Shown: in pieces, positions 35,499 through 48,836 of the stretch
Numbering within the stretch: the stretch's first letter is position 1
Layout: every line of letters begins with the position of its first letter
Origin: Phaeosaccion multiseriatum
Taxonomy: Eukaryota > Protista > Ochrophyta, other classes
Direction of reading: 5' to 3'
NCBI GenBank assembly: GCA_965112735.1
Contig: OZ218964.1
Location: 1,116,001 to 1,180,000 of the forward strand
DNA length: 64,000 bases
The notes under the pieces: model-generated
The model's database searches: none
Told to the model about the DNA's origin: nothing
What the model saw: the letters and a program-made list of their open reading frames with translations, nothing else
Translations under genes and position numbers: made by a program

Positions 35499-37070
35499 TT
35501 TTCGCTCTCTCTTTCTCTCTCTCTGTCTCTCTCTCTCAGCATACACAGCCTCACACCTTCAAAAAACGTGTCTTGGAGGCCGATACAGCACTCACCCAAC
35601 CCCCCTAAACCACACACACACGCGCACACACACACGCACGCACCTCATCCACACAGGGATTGCCGTATATGCAGGAGCACGTTTCAAAGCCGCGTCCGTC
35701 GTCCTTCTGTATCGCTTTGAGAGCCCCCACTTCGCCTCCCAATTTGTCCTTCATCTCGGCTTGGTCCTTCAGCAGCTGCTCCGGGTTCTGTGAGACGTAC
35801 ACCCAATACGTTTCTCCGGCGAGCAGGCCCAGAAAGGTGCCCACAGGGTTCTCCTGCACGAAGGGGACGAACACACCTGAGGAGGAGGTGTGTGTGTGGG
35901 TTGGTTGGAAGGGGCACAAGTGAGAAAGTGATAGGTTGGTGGGTGGGTGGGTGTGAGGCCTAAGAAGAGCGTCGCTTGGTTTCAGGCCGTCAAATCAGAA
36001 CGAGGGAGGGCTTTTCCATCCATCTGCTTTGCCCCCATTGTTGGGCATCCAACACAACACCCAAGTTCATAAATTCAATCGAGGGGCGGGGGGTTGAGGT
36101 GTGTACATACCTTCCTCTTCTTTGGCATTCTTCTCGGCGGACGGCTGTGCATGGGGGACAGGGGACGGGGAGGGGAGAAAGAGGACGAGGAAGTAAGGGA
36201 GGGGTGGGGGCATGGTGTGGCTTAGAGAGAGAGAGAGAGAGAGACAGAGAGAGAGAGGTGCTTTGGGGAGGGTTTCTTCGCGCATCGGACATGATGTACA
36301 GCCGCACACAAGTGTAAGGGCACTACAGTACACGCGACCTCACTCACTCACTCACTCACTCACCATCGTACAAAGGAAGAGCCTGCAGCCGGGCATGACG
36401 AAGGACAGACAGTATGTGTCATCAATCGCAGCGGCCGTGAGGCTGTTACCCGAGATGGGGAACATCTCGTCGTACATTTCGTATTTGAGACACACTTCTC
36501 CTTCTGCCCGAGCGGCGAGGTCGTCCGCGTCCTTCTTGGCCGCTGCCTCTCTCTCGTCCTGCGCTGCCTTGTCTGCTGCTGCCGCCGCTGTCGCAGCCTC
36601 GTCCTCTGCTGGCGCTGGCGCTGCTGTTGCGGATACTTCTTCTGCCGCTGTGGCATCGCTCTCCTGTTCCACCCCCGGGGATGCTGCTGGGGCTGCAACA
36701 TCGGACGCACCGCGCGGTTCTTGAGCAGTTGGTTCTACACCTTCTGCTACAACCACCTCCCCTGGTGACACCTCCTCTGGTGCCGCAACTGCGGAATGCT
36801 CCACCGTGTCAACTTTCTGTTCGGTGTGAATTCATCGGAGCCAAGAGAAGAGAACAAGGCCATCATTGTGTCAGTGGTCGATAGCGACAACGAAGGAGCG
36901 TGGGATAGCGATACTACTTACCTCTTCCCCCACCTTCTCGACCGGTCGCACTTCCTCAGCAGCGCCGCTCTTCTCAGCGAAGACTTGGAACACCAACACG
37001 TAGTCTTTTCCCTGTGTTCGCGCGGACTGCAGTGCCGGCATAACCTCGCCCCCATTTGCGATCTGCTTGC
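35143..37070 (-). CDS. Conserved hypothetical protein with a C-terminal Cys-rich motif (CSCIYGNPCVDEYGCKDW...NGWKGF); 5' exons uncertain and may extend to ~37400
   Basis: Exons at about 36920-37070, 36365-36816, 36111-36144, 35644-35877 and 35143-35208 join in phase. They give an Ala/Glu-rich linker, then GEVCLKYEMYDEMFPI...IDDTYCLSFV...GTFLGL..GETYWVYV, and the terminal four-Cys motif. Confidence 0.7.
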
Positions 37071-38307
37071 CGTGCACATGGGTACATCGACGACAGACAG
37101 GAAATGAAAGAGGTTAGAAGAACAGAGTGACTTGAGGACAGACTTCCTCCACCAGCCCTCTTGGATCGTGCGCTTGCAATCCACGCTACGCAGCTGTATT
37201 CACAGCGTGGTGACTCACCTGGCAAACGACGCATCTCCGCTTGTCGTCGTGCTCGATGCGCAGAAGCACCCAGCCTACGGTTTCATGAGGAGGTGGGGGA
37301 GGCAGACAGTGGCGCAAAGACAGAGCCCCGCATCGTTGAGAACCAGACGTACTTGCCTCACAGTCCACATCCAATCCGAGGGGGTCGCACAATAATTCCT
37401 CCCGACGTCTCGCTGTGCCTGTACTTTGATAGTCTGCCCCCCAACCTCGCTCGCCCTCTCCCTGTTAGCGTGTCCCACCTTTCTTTACTCCGCTCTTTTC
37501 CGCTAACCCAGATGCAGTAACTCCACTGACTGCGCAGCCTTTAAACGACACGCCTGCCCTCTTCCCTGCAGGAACGGGAATGCGAATCTCAGCAGGGGCA
37601 TCCGCCTAGAAGGTGGGGACAAGGGGGGGAAAGATGAACAGAGAGATTTAAAAGAAGCTACAGCGATGCTGCCGAGAGAAGATAAAGAAGCCCCTCCCCC
37701 GGTAGAGAGGGAGATGGAGCATGGCAAAAAAGGTTGACAAGAAGCATCCTCCTTCCTCAGAACGAGTGAAGAAGGGGGATTAAAGGTGCCTTGGGCGAGC
37801 CAAAGAAGGGGGGTCACTGCGCCCCGACCACCCTCCTTCCTCCTCGCACCTGGGAAGCGCCGCCTTCAGAGTCCTTCACGACGGTAACCACTCTTGCTCC
37901 CGTAGGCGTTGCAACCTTGCTTGACTTGGCCGTGGCAACCATTATAAAGATAAAGAAAAAAGAGAAGAGAGGGGTTTCTCCCCCCCTCCAATGCCTTTAA
38001 TTTTTCTTTTCCCGAGTCGCCCAACAGTGCACTACTCCTATAGCTCTATCCCTCTCCAGCTTGTTTTCTGAGCCGGATCAGCCGCCCGGCCGGCGGGATC
38101 ATGATGGTTTGACCGAGCAGTCGAATCGCGGTCGTCGAGGCTTCACAGATGAGGCACCATCACCATTTTTTTTTTTTTTTTTTTCTCTTTCTTCTTCTTC
38201 AGAGACCCCCCCCCCCTTGTAAAGAGAAGAGCGTGAGGGATTGGAGCAGGTTCTGTACCAAGCAGAGTCCCTCCGGAGCGCGAGAGGAAAAGTGAGATTT
38301 TAACAAG

Positions 38308-40408
38308 ATGGGGTTGGCTTGCAGCTCCTTCCTTGCGGAGGGAGCCTGCTGCGCTGGGTGTATGGCGTGCTCCTGCCTGAGGAAGATGATCCCAAGAGCG
38401 AAGGGGATGCGGCCGCTACGCCTGAGGTGAGGAGGTGGTGAAGCGAGAGCAGAGAGAGAGAGCGCGAGGAAAGTGAAGAACGTTCCCCGTCGCTGTTATT
38501 CACCCTCTCCCGGAAAGAGGGGGGTGAGTACTTGCCCTCACACCCCCCGCCCATCCTTTCTTATGCTCTCCCTGTACAGCCACCTGGCATTATGCACGGT
38601 CTTCCTCGCGGCCGCCTTCTGGTTGGGATCGCCGGGCCTCATTTCCTACCTCTACAGTGAGTGAGATCCTTTTGTCTCTTTGCACCGGCAAGGAGGAGTC
38701 TTAAAACGATGGTTTTGTGATGGCTCATGCTCCCCCCCACCGCCCTCTTCCCTTCCTCACACCTTCTATCCCCCTCCACATTCTGCTGCTCGCCCCCCGC
38801 CACCTTTCCCCCCCCTCTCTCCCTCTCTCTCCCCCCCCACTCTCTCCGACACACACACACACACAGAGCTTAGCGATAGCGGAATACTCGGCGTGCTCGG
38901 ATGGCGAAACCGCTTCAAGCCCCAAGTGGGCTGCCTGGACGAATACCTCGATGACTGCATCCAACACCAGGTCATGTACAGGGGCACGTTGACCATCGTA
39001 AGTAGTACGAAGTCTCAGACATCAAAGAAAGACTCCTCTGTCCCCCCTTCTTCTCTCTACTTCTCCCTATGTTTCTCTCATACACTTCCCCCCCCCCTCC
39101 CTCCCTCCCTCTCTCTCTCTCCTTCTCCCTATCTCTCTATCTCTCTCTTCTCTCTCTCTCCAAATTCCGCCGTGACGTACCCTCTAAGGTGCTGCTGAAC
39201 ATGCTCGTGGGCTCTACAGTATGGGCGACGTCTCTGCTCTATTCACGCCTTAACTCAATCAAGGCGTTGTTCGTCGTGCTGACTTTCTGCAGCCTGCTTC
39301 TCACGCATAACCGCACCATTGATCACTGGGTCACTCTTACGCGCTACCTCTCTCTGCCTTGGCTGGTACTCCAAGGTGAGGGGCGGCGCACCTTTGCTTT
39401 CTGAAACGCCACCCTACCCCACGCGTGATGGAAGCACCTTGACCAGCCCCCCCCCCCCCCCCCCCCACCACCACTCATCACTCAGGTTTCCTGCTGTTAG
39501 ACGTTGCCCACGAGCTCCACACCTTCCTTCTGCGCAAGGCCGAGGAGCAAGAAGAGCGCTCAGGGATGTCTGCCCAAGCCGGACCCCTAGGCTCTTGGTG
39601 GCGTATCCTTTACGTGGCGTTGTCCTTGGGGGGCCTGTTGGCTGCCATTTGGGGGGCCATTGCCATGAGTCAGGAGGGCTACACGGCGTGCAGCGGCCTG
39701 CTGGGGCCGTTGGTTGTACACAGCACGTGGGTGCTGGGCGCCGTGGGGGTTGTGGTGTCCCTCTTGAGCAGCGTTTGTGTCGGTCTGTTGGTGCCCAGCC
39801 TGGCTTGGGCCTACTCCACCTTTCTCTCGCGGATGGCGCTCAGCACGGATGAAACGTGCGCGCTGCTGACGTCAGAGACTGGGATGATAGACCACCCTGT
39901 GGTGTTTCACATTGCTCTGGGGCTGTTGGTGTTCTTGTCGCTGTGGTGTGCGTGGCAGGGAGAGCGGATGCTCGCACTCTTCGACCGAGGCAGCAGCAGC
40001 AGCAGCAGCAGTGGAAGCAGCGGCAGTAGGGACGGCTTCGAATTGCTCGTAGGCGGGGGAGGAGGAGGAGGAGGAGGTTACAACACCATGTCGTCTATTG
40101 GGAGCGATGACGAAGACGACGACGAAGGGCTGTCGAACAACCACAGCCGCAGAAGTAGAGCTCGGGGTCCGAAGGAACCGCCTGCTTCTCGCGCCTTCTT
40201 CTGCGGCGTACTGGGTCTGGCGAGCGCGTACCTCACCATGGTTCTCTCCGGGTGGGGAGGGACGGACGGCTCGCGCATCGCCACGTCATCCCCTTCCGCG
40301 GGGTGGCAGCCCTCAGGGGTGGGTGTCATGGTGGCGGCTCAGTGGTGCACCATCGTCCTGCAATTCATGATTCTGGCGAGGGCGTACATCGAGAATGGCG
40401 ACCTGTGA
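38308..40408 (+). CDS. SERINC: Serine incorporator (SERINC/TMS1) family membrane protein, divergent
   Basis: Cys-rich MG N-terminus (MGLACS...CCAGCMACSC), then VMYRGTL and LSLPWLVLQ|GFLLLDVAH. The C-terminus reads AFFCGVLGLASAYLTMVLSGW...VAAQW, matching the FFH..LAS.Y..M.LT.W pattern. Multiple transmembrane segments. Confidence 0.75.
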
Positions 40409-40473
40409 GCCATGGTGGAGTGAGTTGAGCACCGCGCAGTTGGGGGTTGCAAGGGGTCCCTCCTCTGACTCAC

Positions 40474-40514
<41 letters not shown>

Positions 40515-41475
40515 TGTGGGTGTGTCCGCATCAGCGGCGTACAATGTGAATACGGCCTTGCTTAGGGCGTTGTGTATAGTATGCAGATCCTACGCCCGTC
40601 CCCGCCCCTGAGGAGAGTCGAGGGTACAGTCGCGGTTACCGTCGGATGCTGCACGGGGAAGTGGATGTATATAGGAAGGGTGCAGGGTGAGAGGAAGACA
40701 TACCTGGCGTGAGGCTTTTCGAGGCAAACACGAATGACAGAGGAGTAGGGAACAGTGACGGGAGAGTGAGACGACGAGTGTTGCGTGTGGCGAGTAGAGG
40801 AGGAGGAGGAGGGGCAAGGAAGAAAGCAGCAAGGCAGAGTGGCGAAGGGCATCTCCCACAACTTCAGCGATGTTGTGCACAAGGGCAGCACACGCTTTCT
40901 CGCCACAATGTTACGGAAGTTGTTTGAGCAGCTGCCCTTCACCACACCACTCGTGTCTAGTGGCTTGTTACGTGCGGGGCTTTCCCGCCCTCTCTCTCTC
41001 TCTGCAAGGCCGCTCGTTTCCCGTGCGTACGTTACTGAAGAGCATTCTCTGGCTTTCATTCTGTGCCCTCGAATGGAGAAAGTATTGTGGTGCTATGCCA
41101 TTCATCGACACATCAGTAGTGAGAGCGAGCAGCGTTAGCGAGCTTTTATTTTGCGGCGTTTGGCATCTCCTCCTCTCTATTTGGCGCGGTCTCTTCTTAA
41201 TCTCTTCATACTTCGTACTTAATACTTTTATTCTGGAGACCCTTTTTGTCTCTCGCCCAACCCCCCTGGGATCGCCAACTGTATTCAAACGGCCGATTCC
41301 CTTCACTCCCGCCTTGCCTCTGCGCTCTGCCGTCCCAGTCTCTCTCCCTGCCATCGTGCCTGCGTCTCTCTAGGCGTCTCCTCCTACCATCTTGCCTTCA
41401 TCTCCCCTGTTTCTCCTGTACTGCTCCTTTGCGTGAGGCCGCTAGCGACCGAGGTGCCACCGCCAGAATCAAACG

Positions 41476-41565
41476 ATGATACTCCATCGCCAGGGGGAAT
41501 GTGGCGGCAGACAGCCGCAGCGGATCCCCCCGCCAAAACGCGACAAAATGGGCCTCGCGAAGGCT

Positions 41566-41610
<45 letters not shown>

Positions 41611-43952
41611 CGCAGCAAAAGCAAGTCCCAAGAGGACCGGAACAGCGGCATTGTGGAGGCAAACAGGAAGGTGAGAGGGAGAAGGGCGGGAGTACTCTTC
41701 CGACGCGGTCAGTCAGTATCCATCTCAGCGGCCTCGCTTGTGTCCATGTCGCTGCCTGGGAAGTTCACTGGCTGCTGTGACGCTGGTGCTTCCAAACTTT
41801 CCTCTCCAACCTTTCGCTCCCTCGCTGTTTGCTGCTGCTGTCTGTATAGACTGAGCTGTGTCGTAATTGGGGACCTGGAGCTGCGAACAAGTGTCGCTAC
41901 GGAGGTGAGTTGCTATAGGGCAAAGGGCCGCCGCCATTAGCTTCAGCTTCTCTCCCTCGTAAAACGTGCTTCACTCTTCCCGCTTGCTCGTTTGCTCTCA
42001 CCACTTTTCACTGCTTCTATAAACGTATGCACCCCCCCCCTTGCAGCGGCCTGTGCATTCGCCCATGGGAAAGGAGAGCTTCGAGAGCAGAGCCTTGAGG
42101 ACATGTAGGTTACCTAAGCGGGAAGGACTGCAATTCCAAAACCGCCGTCTAACTGTCATGCTTGGCCCCCCCCCCCCCCCTCACTCTCACTCGTTGCACC
42201 ACACACGCACTGAAGGGAATCGTCTGGGCGGATCCCGAGCTCAGTCAAATACCGCTGCTACCCATGCCTGGTGAGTCAAGACGAGAAAGGGAGGCTTCTT
42301 TGAGCCCCCTCTTTAGCGTTGGTTTCGTCATTCATGACCTTCACGTCCGACTCCGCCCCTCTTCTTCCTCGACGCGCAGACATTCGTGTCCACAGGGGCG
42401 TGCCCGTACAAAAACAAATGGTGAGCGCTGCATTTCACCCTCACCCTCATTCCTCGACGCCGCGGACCCCACCCGCCTGTCATGTCGCACCTTCCTCCGC
42501 GCCGCTGCGCTTCCTCCCATTCACGGTCACACTTGCGTGTGTTCGTGACTGCGTGTGTATGCGCATGCGCTTATTGTGTGTGTGCGTGAGTGTATGTGCG
42601 TATGCGTGTGCATGTGTGTGTGCGTGTGCGTGTGTGTGTGTGTGTGTGCGTGCGCGAGCGCTTTACCCCCCCCCCCCCCCCCACCACTTGATACCTGACA
42701 CCTGATACCTGACACCTGATACCCCCCCCCCCCCCGTCGCACTACCTGCAGCGTGTTTCTTCACGACCCTCGCCTCCAGGGCCCGCGGAAGGCCTATCTC
42801 GCCGCAGACCCTTCCAGGGGCGGTGTCACCTCCAGCGCGGCCCTCTCCAGAGACGTGTTCTTCTGGCCGGACCTTCTACCGCCTTCCTCCGCCTCCTCCT
42901 CCTCCTCCTCCTCCTCTTCCTGCTCCTTCGAGAAGGGTGACCATGCGGCGGTGCCGACAGCCCAGAGGTACTACAACCTTCAGAGTGACGATGCATACAA
43001 ACAGCAATCGCGAATCGAGCGCCAAAGGAAGACGCCGCCAAAGGTGAAGGCAGCGGCTCTTCCCTTCCGAGTCGACCAGCAACAGCCCTACACCCGTGCG
43101 ATCACGGGGGGCAGCGACCGGGAGGTAAGCTGGTACATGTCGGGTTCGGTGCTGAAGCTCTGGAGCGGGGTGCTGCTGGACTGCGGCCGTCTCACGGGGG
43201 AGGAGCGCAGAGAGCTGCTCCGGCAGCGACAGGTCCTCCGGCACGGGGTCGACTTGAGAGATGACGAGGATGAAGATGCACATGAAGATGATGGTGATGA
43301 TGATGATGAGAGCCGCAGCTCACCGCTGGGGCCTTTTCAGCGCCTTCCAATCTTCCGGGCCCTGGTACGCGCTGAGGAGGAGGAAAACCTGCAGAGCCGC
43401 GAAGGCAACGGGAGAGAAGGCGGGGAAGGGGCCGGCACGAGCTGCTCTGCACAGCACTTTGATCTTCCTGGCGAAACCAGCATTCACCAGTCCGAGGAGG
43501 AGACAGGAAGGGAGAGGGTCACTCCACACCTTCCACACCAGCAACCGCAGGCGAGACCGCTCCGTGGTTCTGGCCTACTTGCTGCCGATGGCGGTATTCT
43601 CTCCCAGAGCTCGGCTGCCCGACTGCCGATGGAGGCGCCACCCGGATTAAGGGGGTCCGGGTTGCTCGCGCAAGACGACGATCTCCTGGTTGATTACAGC
43701 CACAGCACGAATATAGAGGGCAGTCAACAGGGGACTGGAGATACCTCGGTCCCTTTCTGCCACAGTCTGGAGGAACAGACCGCAACGCCGTGCTGTAGCT
43801 TTATTTTTGAGAGGCCCGGCAGGAGCAGCAGCGGCAGTAGCAGCGGTTTGGCCACCGTGAGCGGCTCCCACGGCAGCATCGCTGTACCTCTTGCTGCGGT
43901 CGACAAGAAGGAGGACTCATCGGGTGCCGTCGCTCGGGCTCCGGCCTTTTGA
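41476..43952 (+). CDS. Tandem CCCH zinc-finger (TTP/ZFP36-like) RNA-binding protein
   Basis: Exons 41476-41670, 41850-41904, 42047-42104, 42216-42270, 42380-42420 and 42752-43952 splice to NRK|TELCRNWGPGAANKCRYG|AACAFAHGKGELR...KYRCYPCL|TFVSTGACPYKNK|CVFLHDPR. The start may be 41548. Confidence 0.85.
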
Positions 43953-44649
43953 ATTGCTCACTTTCAGGAGCGATGCAGCAGAGTGCAGGAGTGAAAGAGG
44001 GATTGGGTGGAGGGTGGAGGACGACATATGAGAGGAAGGAATGAAAGGGGGGGCGGAGGGCATGGAGAACGGAAGGGTTCCTTCGTGATTACACTGTACA
44101 AAGTATAGAGCATCAACTTTGAATGATGGTTCTACGCACAAATGATGCAAAGTCTACCTTGGTGGCGTAGCGCAACTTGCTTTCTTTCACAACCCTTACC
44201 TTCAAGCCACCGAGGGGCCTTAGAGAGTTGCTACAGTGAGTCCCCCTGCAGTGCGATGGCAAGCGTAGCAGTGACCTTGTCCGCTCTAATTATCGGAGAG
44301 ACCGTCGAACACCACACCCATCCTTCAACCACGGTGCTGTCCTCGGGACCATTTCACACTGGCAGCAGCTCCGCGCCCCCTCTCCAAGAATTCGGCTACC
44401 TGACTGCCGCTCGAGATCTCGGGGGGCGACACAACAAGAGGCGGAAGTGGAGCACCCCGCGCGGGAATTGGCAAACCCGGGTTTGTCTGCTCAACGTCGT
44501 GATCTAGCCCTTGCCGAGAGACCAGCAGTAGCCGTCATCGGAGAGAGAGGAGAGAGAGGAGGGAGAGAAAGGAGGACAAAGGGTTCGGCCAACTGTGAAG
44601 AGCTTCAAGAGCACCAACTGGTAATCTTCCCCCCACTTTCCTCCCCTTA

Positions 44650-46762
44650 ATGTATCACCTCTGCGTCGGCGTCGTAGTTGCCCTTGTACTCAATCTGCCC
44701 GTAGGCTTGGCCTTCTCTACACCCCTATCCATGGCGGCGCCAATAGGGAGCGGTGGCGGGCCGAGTATTGTGGTAATTGGACTTAATCCTGCTCTTCAAA
44801 AGACCCTGACCTTCAAGCCGCCGAGGGGCCTTGCATCTGGCTTCGTCAACAGAGCTGCCACAGCAGGTCAGCAAGGATACGTTGGCTTCTTGGGGATGCG
44901 AGCTTCAATCCCGTGCTTGTGCTACTTGGGACAAAACTATGCTCTCAATCACTTCCCTCATCTTTCGTTTGATATCCCACTCTCGCAGCGACCGGTATCG
45001 GAGGCAAGGGCCAAAATGTGTGCGTGGCGTTGCGGCGGCTCAAACCAGAGGCTTCTCCTCCGGCAGTGGTGCAATTCTCAGGCGGCTACGCGGGCGAAGA
45101 ACTCAATAGAAAATTAGGTATCAAGCATGCTGCAGCTGAGGGAAGGGCGGCCATGAACTCTACCCCCATGCTCACGCTCTCGCATGCTGCTGCGCACTCT
45201 CCTCCCACTCGCATACTCCAGAGGGAGCAGGCGTGAGACGCATCAGCCAGGACACGGCGGTAGAGATGAGGACGTGTTCTTCGTTGGTCGACACCTTGAC
45301 GAGCATGACCACGGAGATTATAGAGCCCTGGGGAGGCAGTATCGCGCAGGGTAAGGGAAAAGAGAAAGCCTACGTACATGCCCTGAGCATATATATGCAT
45401 ATATCCCTTTCCTCCTGCCCTACCATCCTCGCTTCTGGCCCGTTTCGAGCACGACCCGTTCCTAAATTGCCTCCTGCATTTTGTGTTGTTTGGTTGGCGG
45501 GTGTGTGCTTGCCTTGCTCGGCTGCAAACAAACAACCAGAGGAGCAAGAAGCTTTGCTCTCGCAGGTGGAAGCGTTTGCATCTGCCCCGGCCACAGGGCC
45601 GTCTGTTGGGGCGGTGGCAGTGATGGGCAGCGCGCCCGCCGGGGTTGAGGTGGACCTCCCCGCAAAGGCGCTCCAGGCGCTGGTAGAGGGAAGCAGCAAG
45701 AGCGGCAAGGGAGCGGTGAAGGTACTGGTGGATAGTGTTTTCGGAGTACCTCAGCTCATGGACACTGGACTGGTAGGCCTGCTCAAGGTCAATGGGGAGG
45801 AAGCACTGCGCCTTCGGTGAGTAGTGAGTAGCAGCGGGAGGAGGAAAGTAGCGGGCAGTGAGGGAGGGGGTGACGTGGGGGGCGGGGGATGAGGCCGCGA
45901 AGATGTCAGGCGTCATGTCACACCCCTCTCTCCACTCCCTCCACAACACTTGTTCGTCGCTGCTGATCTTGGTCCGGGTCGCCCCCTCCAAACCGCGTCT
46001 GCTTCCTCTCGGCATGCCGCCCCTTCTCTTCTCGTCTCTCTCATCTCTTACCCAAAATGGAACACCTCTACACCTCCAACTGCCCCGCTCTCCCAAACCC
46101 AAGAAACCCACACGTACCTACGATCCCACGCCCGCGCTTCCTCGAACCGTGTGTTGTGTGTTCGTCATTTGTCATTTGTCAGGGGCCTGGAGGAGGACAC
46201 TGTGGTGACGTGGATGGAAGACTCCCTCCGAGAAGCCGCAGCCTGCCTCTTCGACAGGTGGGAGACCTTACCCTTCCTCGCAGTCACCAACGGGGCTCTG
46301 CCCAGCTACCTCTTCTCTCGCGAGGGCAAGAGGGACAGCAGCGGCATGCTGTGCTTCTGGCGCCTCACGCCCCCGCCCGTGCAGGACGCTCTCAACCCCA
46401 TTGGGGCCGGAGATGCCGTCGCAGCTGCCACGCTCTCGCACTGGCTGGATAGCGATGATGATGACCATGATGCTGGCAGCAGTAGCAGCAGCAGCTCCAC
46501 CACCATGCGACCGGACCACCCCCTGGCTATGGCCTTTGCTTGTGGCTTGGCGGCCGGAGGGGCAGCGTGCTCGAACACGGACCCCCTGAGCAACAGCTGC
46601 TTCGACCTTTGCACCTACCGGAAGCTGCGCGAGGCCGTGCGCGTGGATCTTGTGGATCTGGAGGAGGAGAGGGCACAGGCAAAGGCTAGAGTGGCGGCCA
46701 AAGCCAAGGAGAGGGAGGAAGAGGAACCCGCCGCAGCAGCCGCAGTCGCTCCAGAAAAGTAG
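44650..46762 (+). CDS. PfkB/ribokinase-family sugar kinase (1-PFK/tagatose-6-P kinase-like), probably plastid-targeted
   Basis: Motifs GLNPALQKTL, |ATGIGGKGQNV, MRTCSSLVD, MGSAPAG, VLVDS, LKVNGEE, VTNGA and NPIGAGDAVAA. The hydrophobic N-terminus ends GLA|FSTP. Confidence 0.85.
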
Positions 46763-46914
46763 CCCTTACTTTTCTATAACTAAAAAAAAGATTAAAATAC
46801 CTGGTGATCCCTCCAGATCCACTGCGGCTCGGCCATTTTTACTGTTCCTGTCCAACTTCAACGCTTTAAAGCTCCTATGTGATCCCTATATACAAATCTG
46901 TGCTGCTACTGCCA

Positions 46915-46946
<32 letters not shown>

Positions 46947-46952
46947 GGCACC

Positions 46953-48103
46953 TCATTGCAACTTCTTTCGGTCCTTCACAGGGCCCACCAGTACGGGAAC
47001 ACATCTCTTGTACTCTTGGTACGCCTCCGAAGCGCCATACTTGTCCTCTCCCTTCTCCTCCGTTTGCGGGGCGGACACAAAAGTGATGAGGCTGATAATG
47101 AAGGCCGGCCCCAGCGCCGCCAGACAGAATCTCGCCAGGCCGCTACCCGTAGGCGGGTATGCTCCTCTGGCATTCATGACGAATATACCGAGCCACAGTG
47201 TCATCTCTCCGACGTAGTTTGGGTGCCTCGAGAAGCGCCAAAGGCCCGCATCGCAGAATTTGCCCTTGTTTCGCTGGTCTGCCTTGAAGGCTGACTTTTG
47301 CTGATCTGCCAACACCTCGGCGGCAATGCCGAGGAGCCACACGACAACCCCGACCACATCCGACCACGCTACTAGGTGCTGCTGCTCCTCCTGCAGTGGC
47401 TGATGGTGATGCCGTATCAGCGTGGGGAGGCAAGAGAAGAAGACCCATTGGGCCTGGACCGCCCAATAGAGGAGGAAGGTAGAGGGCTGGTCGCGTACCC
47501 CATCGAAGCGATCGTCTTTCCCCACAGACCCAATGCGCTTGAAGAGAAAGAAGCCAAGGCGGAGCGTCCACCCCAGTATCATAGCCGTGGAGAGCCAGTC
47601 CCTCCAAAAGGGCTGGACAAGGGACACGAGGGATGACATCTCATGCTGCTTGCTCTCCACAGATTCGAAGATTGCATCCAGCCCCACGCTCGAGGACGGC
47701 GACAAGTGGGAGGCGAGCACGACGGCCATGAAGGTGATGGTTCCCGTGAGGTCGTAGTAGTGCTCTGTCTGCCCTATCGTCGCTGGGATCCAGGCCTTGC
47801 AAACCAGTCCCACACGAAATTGGGGAGGCGAGCAAGGAGAGCAATTGAGACAGAGTGGGAGAGCGTAAGGGAGGGAGAATTGGGGGGGGGGGGGGGGGTC
47901 GGGGATGGATATTATGTGGGAAAGGGGGAGCGAAGCAAAGGAGGCGGATGAAGAGAAAGGGAGACACCGACGGAGTCACACTTTACCAGCAGGTTGATGC
48001 CGTACGATAGCCAAACAAAACTGGTGAGGCCCAGGGGGTAGGCCACCGCAAGGGAGATCCCCAAGCTCCCCAATGCAGATGCCAAACTCTTTATCATGGC
48101 CAT
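46953..48103 (-). CDS. DUF1295 / steroid 5-alpha-reductase-like membrane protein
   Basis: Motifs EHYYDLTGTITF, WTLRLGFFLFKRI..GKDDRFD, EVLADQQK, GLWRFSRHPNYVGE and YQEYKRCVP. Two exons, ATG at 48103. Confidence 0.88.
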
Positions 48104-48399
48104 GGTGCGCAGGGGAAGAGAGGGAGAGGAGAAGGGTGGGCGGAAGGGTCGTGGCATATTTTACTTTTAGGCAGCGATGGCACCAGAGGGGGAAACCAAA
48201 CCACCACCTCTTCCCTACTTTTCCCGTCCCTGCCCTTCCTTCTGAGAGAAAGCAGCGCCCCTCTTCTACTTTATATCACTTTAAACTTCCTTATCTCTTC
48301 TCTTGACTTCCTTGTCGCTGCTCTTGAAGTCTCTGAAGGAGTCGGCTTCGGAGGTCCCACGGAGTCTCGAAGTTGGCCCCCCTTGTCCGCGCCCAAAGG

Positions 48400-48785
48400 A
48401 TGGGCCCACTCATAGAGTGGCTGCTGGGGAAAGCGCCGGAACCAGACGAACCTCCGCCTCCTGTGAGGCAGCCCATGAAGCCAAGAAAGCCCGTCGTGAA
48501 GCGGTCGTGCCAAGCCTGTTACGGGCTCAGCATTTACAGCGCGAAGATGAAGGTAAGAGCGACCGGGGGGGAGATGGAGCACTCCACCTTCACCCCACTG
48601 CTCTTGAGGTTGAGCAAGTCGTTGGGCTTTTGACCAGCTGACCAAATGGTAGATGGGGCGGACTGCTGTTTCTATAGAAGGGTGGGGGGATGGGGTGGAT
48701 GGTGCCTCCCCCCACCTCGTTTAAGCTCTGGGCTTTGGCCCTGCTCGGTTCTTACTCTTTTCGCCTTCTCTCTCTCTCTCACTCC

Positions 48786-48836
<51 letters not shown>

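Noticed and set aside
28064-46762. Sugar transporter plus PfkB kinase as a metabolic gene cluster
   Set aside because: They are ~12 kb apart, separated by unrelated genes, and the kinase appears plastid-targeted.
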